Origin: an uncultured Candidatus Rokubacteria bacterium
GTDB lineage: Bacteria; Methylomirabilota; Methylomirabilia; Rokubacteriales; CSP1-6
Direction: 5' to 3'
Assembly (NCBI GenBank): GCA_963747235.1
Contig: CAVVEU010000026.1
Span: forward strand, 1-10,318
DNA length: 10,318 nucleotides
The translations under genes were made by a program, and so were the position numbers. Shown here one piece after another: positions 1 to 7,526 of the stretch (position 1 is its first letter; the number at the start of each line of letters is the position of its first letter). The notes beneath the pieces are model-generated. The model searched no databases and had not been told where the DNA came from. It saw nothing but the letters and a program-made list of their open reading frames with translations.

Positions 1-915
1 GTACGCGAGCATCACGCCCACCGCGAGCGTGCCCAGCAGGATCATGTACCAGGCCCCGTAGTCGGAGAGGTACTCGCGCACCAGGAAGAAGAGCGCGGTG
101 CCGATCAGCGGGCCTTCGAGCGAGCCGAGCCCGCCGATCACCACGATGAAGATCGTGTAGGCCGTCCAGTTGATGCTGAAGCCGGCGTCCGGCGAGATGC
201 GGAGCAGGTTGAGATAGATCAGCGCGCCGGTGACGCCGGTGCCGAACGCGACGCCGACGTAGACCCCGAGCTTGATGCGGAAGACGTCCACGCCCAGCGT
301 GTCGGCGCCGTGCTCGCTGTCCCGGATGGCCATGAGCCCGAGCCCGTAGCGTGAGCGCAGGAATGCGTAGACCGCGACGAGCGCCGCCACGCCGATGGCC
401 AGCGCCAGGAAATAGGTCGTCAGCTCCCGGCTCTCGCGCGCCAGCGGGAACACCGCCTTCAGCGTGCGGCCCGAGCCGCGGCCGAGCGCGGGGGTGTTGG
501 CGATGAGCAGCCGGTACACCTCGGCGATGGCCCACGTGCCCACCGCGAAGTAGCCCCCGTGGAAGCGGAAGACGAGCGCGGCGGTGGGCAGCGCGAACGC
601 GGCCGCCACCAGACCCGCCAGCGGGACCGACAGGAACGGATTCACGCCGAGATCGTCCGCGAGCACGATCAGCGCGTAGCCGCCGAGGCCCACGTAGGCC
701 TGCTGGCCGATCGAGACGAGGCCGGCATAGCCGGCGAGCAGGTTCCACATCTGGGCCAGCACGAGCAGGGCGATGAACTCCACCAGGATGCGCATCGTGC
801 TGGGATCGCCCCACGCGGGCAGGCTGACGAGGCCCAGCAGGACGAGCGCCGCGCCCACCGCGCCGACGCGGCTGGCCCGCGTGGTGCGCTCGACCCGGAC
901 GGCCGTGGGCTCCAT
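1..915 (-). CDS. livM: HAAT (branched-chain amino acid-type) ABC transporter permease, LivM-like; 3' end truncated by the window edge
   Basis: Not in the ORF track because there is no stop in the window. Manual translation from ATG at 915: MEPTAVRVERTTRASRVG...LAQMWNLLAGYAGLVSIGQQAYVGLGGY...FRFHGGYFAVGTWAIAE...RSRYGLGLMAIRDSEHGADTLGVDV...IFIVVIGGLGSLEGPLIG. These are LivM motifs, and the frame is open for 305 codons to position 1. Confidence 0.92.
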   Translation of the reverse strand, partial: MEPTAVRVERTTRASRVGAVGAALVLLGLVSLPAWGDPSTMRILVEFIALLVLAQMWNLLAGYAGLVSIGQQAYVGLGGYALIVLADDLGVNPFLSVPLAGLVAAAFALPTAALVFRFHGGYFAVGTWAIAEVYRLLIANTPALGRGSGRTLKAVFPLARESRELTTYFLALAIGVAALVAVYAFLRSRYGLGLMAIRDSEHGADTLGVDVFRIKLGVYVGVAFGTGVTGALIYLNLLRISPDAGFSINWTAYTIFIVVIGGLGSLEGPLIGTALFFLVREYLSDYGAWYMILLGTLAVGVMLAY

Positions 916-923
916 CGAAGCGC

Positions 924-1798
924 TCAGGAGATTCTCCGCCTCCGCGTGAAGAGCCCCTGGGGGCGAAGGAGCAGGACGGCCAGGAACACGAGATGCCCGG
1001 TGAGGATGCCCCACCCCGGCGACAGCTTGGCGCCGACGGTCTGGGCGATGCCCAGGACGGCGCCGCCCACGAGCGTGCCCCAGAGCGAGCCCAGCCCGCC
1101 GATGATGACGGCCTCGAAGGCGAAGAGCAGCCGGTCGGGCCCGCTGCTGAACGTGAACGTCGTCCGGATGCCGAGGAACACGCCGGCCACCGCGACGATG
1201 CCGAGCGAGAGCGCCATCGCCAGGCCGTAGAGCCGCCGGTTGTCGATGCCCATCAGCTCGGCCGTCTCCTGGTCGTCGGAGGTGGCGCGGAAGGCGCGCC
1301 CCACCGAGAGCCGGCTGATCACGAGCTGCAGCGCGACCAGGATCAGCACCGCGACCCCGAGCGTGATGAACGGGAACCAGCCGATGGCGAGCCCTCCCCC
1401 GAGCGACAGGCTCGCGGTCTCGATGCCGCCGGGGTCGAGCCGGCGCGAATCGGCCGAGAAGGTCTCGAGCAGCGCGTTCTGGATGATGATGGACAGCCCG
1501 AACGTCACCAGGATCGGCGGCAGGATGCCGCGGCCGAGCAGGCGGTTGAGGACCAGCATCTGCAGCGCGTAGCCGAGCGCGGCCATGAGGGGCACGACCA
1601 GCGCCAGGGTGACGAACGGATTCAGCCCGAGCGTCTCCACCACGACCACCGCGAGGAACGCGGCCAGGATGCTGAGGTCGCCGTGGGCCAGGTTGACGAG
1701 GCGCATCACCCCGAAGATGAGCGAGAGGCCGGTGGCGAAGAGCGCGTAGAGCCCGCCCAGCAAGAGCCCCTGGAGGATGGTGTCCACCCAGCCCATCG

Positions 1799-1802
<4 letters not shown>
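924..1802 (-). CDS. livH: HAAT ABC transporter permease, LivH-like
   Basis: GLLLGGLYALFATGLSLIFGVMRLVNLAHGD N-terminal motif, GRAFRATSDDQETAELMGID loop, and VIIGGLGSLWGTLVGG and LLLRPQGLF near the C-terminus. GTG start at 1802 overlaps the livF stop (GTGA); alternative ATG at 1796. Confidence 0.93.
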
Positions 1803-2496
<694 letters not shown>

Positions 2497-2500
<4 letters not shown>

Positions 2501-3222
2501 TGCACGTCGATCCCCAGGTAGACGCGCTGGACCTCCGCGCTGGCCATCACCTCGTCGGGCGCGCCGTCCATCAGCATCCGCCCGGCGCTGATGACCGCGA
2601 GCCGGCTCACCACCGCGCGCAGCGCGTGCACGATGTGCTCGATCCAGATGATGGCCACGCCCGCGCGGTGCACGCGCCGGATCACCTCGACCAGCTCGTG
2701 CACCTCGTGCTCGCTCAGGCCGCCCGCGATCTCGTCGAGCAGCAGCACGCGCGGCCCGGTGGCCAGCGCGCGCGCCAGCTCCAGGCGCTTGCGCTCGAGC
2801 AGGGTCAGCGTCCCGGCGCGGATGTTGGCCTTGGCGGCCAGCCCGGCCAGCTCGAGCGCCTCCATGGACGGCCCGTAGGCCGCGCGCTCCGACGTGCCGG
2901 CCCCGAAGACGCCGCCCACCAGCACGTTCTCGAACACGGTGAGCGCGTCGAACGGATGCGGGATCTGATGCGTGAGCGCGATGCCGGCCCGGCACCGCGC
3001 GTGCGGCGGGGCGCTCGTGATCTCGCGCCCGCCGAAGACCACCGCCCCGCCCTCGGGGCGCAGGCGCCCGATCATCAGGTTGAGCGCGGTGGTCTTGCCC
3101 GCGCCGTTCGGCCCGATGACGCCGAGCGCCTCGCGCTCGCCCACCGCGAGCGTGAGCCCGTCGATGACCCGGAGCGACCCGAACGTCTTCGAGACGTTCT
3201 CCAGCGCGAGCAGCGCGGCCAT
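2497..3222 (-). CDS. livG: HAAT ABC transporter ATP-binding protein, LivG-like
   Basis: Walker A GPNGAGKTT, degenerate signature LTLLERKRLELARAL, Walker B LLLDEIAGGL, H-loop WIEH, C-terminal VQRVYLG. Confidence 0.93.
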
Positions 3223-3238
3223 CAGCGGCCGCGGGCGC

Positions 3239-4537
3239 TCACGCCTGGCCGATGGGCCGGAGCTTCCCGGAGACCGGGATGCTGGACGCCGCCTTGTTGC
3301 TGACGACGACCATGTCGAAGCGGAAGTCCTTGCCGCGCACCCACTGCCCGCCGACGAGCGGGGTCTTGGTGACGTTGGGCACCGGCCCCTTGCCCCAGTT
3401 GACCGGGCCCACGACCGTGTTGAGGTTGGTGGCCTTGATCGCGGCGACCACCGCGCTCTTGTCGTCGAGCGACGCGGCCCGCTTGAGCACGTCCACCGCG
3501 ACCTCGAACAGCGCGTGGGTGAAGCCGAGCGGCTGCGTCCACTGCTTCTTGGTGTCCTTGGTGTAGGCGGCGGCCAGGTCGGCCGCGCTCGCCCCGGTCA
3601 GCGAGGACTTGAACGGGTGACGCGGCGTCCACCACACCTCGGTGGACATGCCCTCGCCCAGGTTGCCCAGGGCCTCGACCGAGCGCGGGAACAGCAGCGC
3701 CTTGCCGATGGACGCGATCTTCGGCTTGAAGCCCTGCTGGGCGGCCTGCTTCCAGAACGTCGTCCAGTCGGGCGGGATCGGCACGCCGGTCACGATCTCG
3801 ACCTGCTCCTTCTTGAAGGCGGAGATCTGGGCCGAGAAGTCGTCGGAGAGATTCGGGTAGCGCCCGGGGTCCACGAGCTTGTAGCCGGCCTTGGCCAGCG
3901 CGGCCGGGAAACCCCGCTGCGGGTCGCCCCACGCGTTGCCGTCGCCGTCGTTCGGCCAGAGCGCGCCGACCACCTTGTTGGTCGGCAGCGTGTCCCACAT
4001 GTCCACGAAGACGCCGATGATGTCCTCGAGGCCCCAGAAGAAGTGGTACGTGGACTTGAAGCCGGTCTCGGGCTTGCCGCCGCGGCCGAAGAACCACGGC
4101 TGCCACGGGCAGACGCTCGAGACGCAGGGCGTGCCGTTGGCCTCGCACTGGTCGGAGACCGGATTGGTCGTCTCCGGCGTGCTCGACACCAGCATGAGGT
4201 CCACCTTGTCCGACAGGATCAGGCGCGAGGCGACCTCGGCGGCGCGGTTCGGGTCCGACTGGCTGTCGCGCACGAGCACGTCCACCGGGAAGCTCTGCCC
4301 GCGGATGGCCAGCCCGTTCCTCACCGCCTGACGGATGCCGCCGACCACGAAGTTGTCGGTCTCGCCGAAGCCGGCCAGCGGGCCGGTCTGCGGGCTCACG
4401 TAGCCGATCTTGAGCGTCCGCGTGCCGCGCTGGGCCGCCGCCCGGCCCGGATGGATGCCGTGCAGCGCGAGGGCCGCGGCGGAGCCGCCGGCCACCCGCA
4501 GGAAGTCCCGCCGACCACTCCGCTTGATCTCGGACAT
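3239..4537 (-). CDS. HAAT ABC transporter substrate-binding protein (type 1 periplasmic binding fold) with twin-arginine signal peptide
   Basis: N-terminus SGRRDFLRVAGGSAAALAL...AAA-Q fits a Tat motif with an AxA cleavage site. LKIGYVSPQTGPLAGFGE and RDSQSDPNRAAEVASRLI are typical of LivK/LivJ-like proteins. SD AGGAGG lies upstream of the ATG at 4537. Confidence 0.92.
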   Translation of the reverse strand: MSEIKRSGRRDFLRVAGGSAAALALHGIHPGRAAAQRGTRTLKIGYVSPQTGPLAGFGETDNFVVGGIRQAVRNGLAIRGQSFPVDVLVRDSQSDPNRAAEVASRLILSDKVDLMLVSSTPETTNPVSDQCEANGTPCVSSVCPWQPWFFGRGGKPETGFKSTYHFFWGLEDIIGVFVDMWDTLPTNKVVGALWPNDGDGNAWGDPQRGFPAALAKAGYKLVDPGRYPNLSDDFSAQISAFKKEQVEIVTGVPIPPDWTTFWKQAAQQGFKPKIASIGKALLFPRSVEALGNLGEGMSTEVWWTPRHPFKSSLTGASAADLAAAYTKDTKKQWTQPLGFTHALFEVAVDVLKRAASLDDKSAVVAAIKATNLNTVVGPVNWGKGPVPNVTKTPLVGGQWVRGKDFRFDMVVVSNKAASSIPVSGKLRPIGQA

Positions 4538-4562
4538 CGTCGTCCTCCTGCCGCGTCGGCGG

Positions 4563-5549
4563 CTAGAACTGCACGGGCGCCGGCGGCATCTTGCCGCTGG
4601 CGTAGAGCGCCGGAAGCTCCGGCGAGGCGTTCTCCCACACGAGCAGCATCGAGCGCTTGGGCGAGAAGCCGCGGTGCCGGATGTCGGCGGGCATGGCGGC
4701 CACGTCGCCCGCCTTCATGGTGACGCGGGCCCGGACCGCGCCGGTGTCCCGGTCCTCCACTTCCCACTGGATCTCGTCGCAGAGCTGCACGAACCACTCC
4801 ACCCGATCGTTACCGTGGATGATCGGCAGGATGTACTCCTCGGTGGTCGGGCAGTAGAGGCTGTTCTTGCACACCGACACCACCGAAGGGTTCCACGTCA
4901 CGTCGGAGCGCGAGAGATACGCGAAGAGGTTCACCGACACCACCTCGTGCTCGAAGCCCGGCTCCGCGTGCACCTCGGGCGCGTCCTGCGGCACGTCGGT
5001 GAACTGGCGGTTGATCGGGAAGCCGTTGTCGTCGGTGCGGACCGGCTCGTCCCCGGGCGCGCCGATCATCCGCTTGGCGGTCACCCGGTGCCGCGTGATC
5101 GCCTCCTTGTTGCTTCCGTTCTTGGGTCCGAAGGCACTGCCGGTCTCCGCGGGCGAGGCGAAGGGATCGAACGTCGCGTTCGTCCAGTCGACCAGGATCG
5201 CCTGGAAGAGGCGGCTGATCGCCTCGGTCTTGAAGTTCTCCGAGTAGGCGAGCCCGGCCTGCCGGTACTGCGCGTTGAACCGGCCCGCGAAGAGATCCAC
5301 CGTGCCGTAGTGGTTCACCGTGCCGATCACGGTGTCGAAGTTGACGATGCCGTAGAAGAAGCCCCACGCCACGTCACGCTGGATCGCGCGGAGGAACGCG
5401 TCGGCCGCGAGCATGTGGGTGCCGTTGGGCCAGCGGACGTGCACGAAGTACTCGTCCCGTCCGAACGAGAACTTCCCCAGCGCGAAGTCGCGGTAGCCGT
5501 ACTGATTCGGCTCGATGCTGCCCAGCTCGGGGAGCGTATCGGTCGTCAT
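4563..5549 (-). CDS. hapD: Hydroquinone 1,2-dioxygenase large (catalytic, Fe(II) cupin) subunit, HapD/PnpD/HqdB family
   Basis: Family motifs FLRAxxRDVAWGFFYG, VNHYGTVDLFAG, YLSRSDVTWNPSVVSVC, SLYCPTTEEYILPIIHGNDRVEWF and MPADIRHxGxSPKRSMLLVWEN. H245, E251 and H292 have the same spacing (+6, +47) as the His256/Glu262/His303 iron ligands I recall for PnpD. SD GGAGG upstream. Confidence 0.92.
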   Translation of the reverse strand: MTTDTLPELGSIEPNQYGYRDFALGKFSFGRDEYFVHVRWPNGTHMLAADAFLRAIQRDVAWGFFYGIVNFDTVIGTVNHYGTVDLFAGRFNAQYRQAGLAYSENFKTEAISRLFQAILVDWTNATFDPFASPAETGSAFGPKNGSNKEAITRHRVTAKRMIGAPGDEPVRTDDNGFPINRQFTDVPQDAPEVHAEPGFEHEVVSVNLFAYLSRSDVTWNPSVVSVCKNSLYCPTTEEYILPIIHGNDRVEWFVQLCDEIQWEVEDRDTGAVRARVTMKAGDVAAMPADIRHRGFSPKRSMLLVWENASPELPALYASGKMPPAPVQF

Positions 5550-5564
5550 GGCGTCGTCCTCCGT

Positions 5565-6075
5565 CTAGGCCGGCCGGGGGGTGGTCTGGCAGATCTGGGC
5601 CCAGCGCTCGACCGTGTCGCGGCCGGCCAGGGTCTGCAGCAGGATCACGCTCGGGTTTCCCGCGTGGAACTGGTAGGCCGCGCCGGCGGGCAGCAGCGTC
5701 ATGTGCCCGCGCCGTGCCCGCACGCGCCCCATCTTCTTGCCGGTCGGATCCCCGGCCAAGCGGAATCGAGCCCTGGCTGCCCGGCGGCACCAGGGACGGA
5801 TTGTCGGGCTTGACCAGGCGGACCTCGACCTCCCCGTCCATCACGAGGGCGAACTCGTCCTGGGCGGCCACCCGCCAGCCGGACGTGCCCTCGGCCCGGA
5901 TGGCCTCGATCACGTACTCGATGTTCTTGCCGACCGCGACCTTCTCGTAGGGCTTGGCCTTCGAGGCGACCTCGAAGACGTTCGAGAAGACGTAGTTCCG
6001 CGCGTCGTCCTTGATGACCTCGACGCCGCCCTTCTCAAAGTGCTGGAGCGAGCCGAAGCGGGTGGGCTGCGCCAT
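5565..6075 (-). CDS. hapC: Hydroquinone 1,2-dioxygenase small subunit, HapC/PnpC/HqdA family; interrupted by one extra base near 5762-5766 (169 aa when corrected)
   Basis: Joins track ORFs 5374..6075 (MAQPTRFGSL..KGGVEVI.DD.RNYVFSNVFEVA..KPYEKVAVGKNIEYVIEAIRAEG) and 5565..5759 (GKKMGRVRARRGHMTLLP..AYQF..PSVILLQTLAG..TVERWAQICQT). The span is 511 nt (3n+1); removing one base from ATTCCGCTTG gives GSIRLAGDPTGKKMG. SD AAGGAG before the ATG at 6075. Confidence 0.88.
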
Positions 6076-6547
6076 TGCCGTTCTCCTTTTCGCGACGCTC
6101 CCGGAGTCCGCGGCCGAGCCGCCGGCAGAGCCGGCCGAGCTCCGCCTGATCCGCCGGGGAGAGCGCGCGCATCTCGCGCACGACGTGTTGCGCGTGGACC
6201 GGGAACATGCCGCCGATCAATCGGCGGCCCTTGTCGGTGAGCGTGACGGTGATGAACCGGCGATCGTCGGGCCGCCGCGTCCGGCGCACGAGCCCGCGCC
6301 GGGCGAGATTGCCGACCACCACGGTGGTGTTGCCGCCGCTCCGCAGGAGCTTGCGCCCGAGATCGCGCTGGCAGAGGGGCCCCAGGTGCAGCAGGGCCTC
6401 CAGGGCGCCGAACTGGCCGACGGTCAGGTCGGCCGCCCGCATCAGCGGCTCGAGGCGGGCCGTCACCGACTCGGCGGCGCGCATCAGCTTGATGTAGGCG
6501 TCGAGCGCCGCCTGCTCCTCCGTGCTGCCGCGGTAGTGGGTGGGCAT
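6035..6547 (-). CDS. MarR-family transcriptional repressor resembling the MhqR (methylhydroquinone/catechol-responsive) subgroup
   Basis: Winged-helix pattern LTVGQFGALEALLHLGPLCQRDLGRKLLRSGGNTTVVVGNLARRGLVRR...DDRRFITVTLTDKGRRLI...FPVH. The LxxSGxxTxVVxxLxxxGLV and IxxxFPxH segments recall MhqR-like proteins. The family call is secure; the subgroup call is less so. Confidence 0.9.
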   Translation of the reverse strand: MPTHYRGSTEEQAALDAYIKLMRAAESVTARLEPLMRAADLTVGQFGALEALLHLGPLCQRDLGRKLLRSGGNTTVVVGNLARRGLVRRTRRPDDRRFITVTLTDKGRRLIGGMFPVHAQHVVREMRALSPADQAELGRLCRRLGRGLRERREKENGNGAAHPLRLAPAL

Positions 6548-6548
6548 A

Positions 6549-6563
6549 GTTTCAACTTGAAAC
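6549..6563. promoter_or_regulatory. Candidate MarR operator: perfect 7-1-7 inverted repeat GTTTCAA-C-TTGAAAC
   Basis: AT-rich perfect palindrome in a GC-rich background, separated from the marR ATG (6545-6547) by a single base. Confidence 0.8.
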
Positions 6564-6569
6564 GTTGTT

Positions 6570-6599
6570 CTACTACCGCCGCGCGGCCGTCCTTGTCAA
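6570..6599 (-). promoter_or_regulatory. Candidate sigma70-type promoter of the marR-hapCD-ABC operon
   Basis: The minus strand reads TTGACA (6599-6594; perfect -35), 18 nt, then TAGTAG (6575-6570; weak -10), followed by the palindrome and the ATG. The -10 assignment is uncertain. Confidence 0.55.
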
Positions 6600-6611
6600 G
6601 GGCCCCGCGCC

Positions 6612-6648
6612 TTCCCCTCTCCCCTCTGGGAGAGGGCCGGGTGAGGGG
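6612..6648. repeat. BoxC-like extragenic palindromic element (CCCTCTCCC-ctct-GGGAGAGGG-ccgggtgagggg); may also act as a terminator or RNA-stabilising hairpin after the MBL gene
   Basis: Perfect 9-bp stem (6615-6623 with 6628-6636), 4-nt loop, and a GGGTGAGGG tail. It directly abuts the MBL stop codon at 6649-6651. No poly-U tract. Confidence 0.65.
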
Positions 6649-7509
6649 CTACGCCTCCACCGCGAAGCGCCACGTGTCGCCGTGCTTCACGATGCGGCCC
6701 GCCGTCGGGTGATGGAAGTGCGTGCCGAGCACGGTCACCGGCCGATCGCCGTAGCGCGCGCAGAAGGCGCGCCGGGTCTCGCGCGCCGCGTCCGGATCGG
6801 TGTCGAAGGTGGTCTGCCACGTCGGCTCCGCGATCTGCACCGGGTGGTGCATGAGGTCGCCGGTGATGACCGCGTCGGCGCCGCCCGAGGCCAGGCGCAC
6901 GCTGACGTGCCCGGGGGTGTGGCCGGGCGTCGGCTCGAGCCGGATCTCGTCGGTGACCTGGTGGTCCATGTCGACGAGCTCGGCGAGCCCCGCGTCGAGC
7001 ACCGGCGCGACGCTATCGCCCATGATGCGCTGCGTGCCGTCGTCGTTCTCGGCGGTCCAGTGCTCCCACTCCCGCCGCGCGAAGAGGTAGCGGGCGCGGG
7101 GGAAGGTCGGGACCCAGCGCCCGTTCTCGAGCCGGGTGTTCCAGCCGACGTGATCCACGTGCAGGTGCGTGCAGATCACGACGTCGACCGCCTCGGGCGC
7201 GACGCCGGCGGCCTTCAGCGTGTCGAGGAAGCCGGTGCGCAGCATGTGGAACGGCCGCCGGCCGCCCCGGTCCTTGTCGTTGCCGATGCAGGTGTCCACC
7301 AGCACGGTCAGGTCGGGCGTCCGCACCACGAAGGTGTGCACGCTCTGGAGCAGGCGGCCCTCGGCGTCGAGGAAGTGCGGGGCGAGCCAGGCGCGGTGGC
7401 GATCGAGCGCCTCCGGCGTCGCGGCCGGGAAGAGCCACGTGGGCCGCGTGGGGCCCGCGGTCTCGACGACCGCGCCGACGCGGAGACGGCCGACCTCGAG
7501 GTCGCGCAT
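6649..7509 (-). CDS. Metallo-beta-lactamase-fold hydrolase (lactonase/esterase-like, 286 aa)
   Basis: Motifs VLVDTCIGN, THLHVDHVGWN (HxHxDH), FPRARY, TPGHTPGH, GDLMHH and GTHF. Start placed at ATG 7509 (MRDLEVGRLRV) because the upstream extension in the track ORF is low-complexity Pro/Arg/Ser sequence spanning promoter-like DNA. Confidence 0.9.
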   Translation of the reverse strand: MRDLEVGRLRVGAVVETAGPTRPTWLFPAATPEALDRHRAWLAPHFLDAEGRLLQSVHTFVVRTPDLTVLVDTCIGNDKDRGGRRPFHMLRTGFLDTLKAAGVAPEAVDVVICTHLHVDHVGWNTRLENGRWVPTFPRARYLFARREWEHWTAENDDGTQRIMGDSVAPVLDAGLAELVDMDHQVTDEIRLEPTPGHTPGHVSVRLASGGADAVITGDLMHHPVQIAEPTWQTTFDTDPDAARETRRAFCARYGDRPVTVLGTHFHHPTAGRIVKHGDTWRFAVEA

Positions 7510-7517
7510 GCTCGCGG

Positions 7518-7526
7518 ATTGTATCA
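7518..7526 (-). promoter_or_regulatory. Candidate extended -10 promoter (TGaTACAAT) for a leaderless or near-leaderless MBL transcript
   Basis: The minus strand reads TGATACAAT-ccgcgagc-ATG, with 8 nt between the hexamer and ATG 7509 and no SD. Confidence 0.55.

Noticed and set aside
2501-2995. N-terminal extension of track ORF 1799..2995, suggesting a larger LivF
   Set aside because: Alternative frame inside livG with low-complexity Arg/Ala sequence. The GTGA overlap at 2497-2500 marks the likely start.
4538-5562. Identical 11-nt GGAGGACGACG (minus strand) upstream of both hapD (5552-5562) and the SBP gene (4538-4548)
   Set aside because: Mostly explained by the Shine-Dalgarno core plus a common spacer; too short to support a regulatory or recombination role.
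5374-5760. Extended hapC C-terminus overlapping hapD, or a programmed ribosomal frameshift
   Set aside because: The off-frame tail has no conserved character, there is no slippery sequence, and one deletion restores a normal-length subunit.
2972-5813. Long plus-strand ORFs (2972..4723, 583 aa; 4410..5813, 467 aa) and similar ones at 559..1230, 993..1817 and 6011..6712
   Set aside because: Antisense shadows of well-supported minus-strand genes. They are Arg/Gly/Ala-rich with no motifs, as expected from stop-codon scarcity at high GC.
6649-7509. Possible beta-lactamase/antibiotic resistance gene
   Set aside because: HxHxDH is shared across the MBL superfamily. There is no signal peptide, and the motif context fits cytoplasmic lactonase/esterase-like members.
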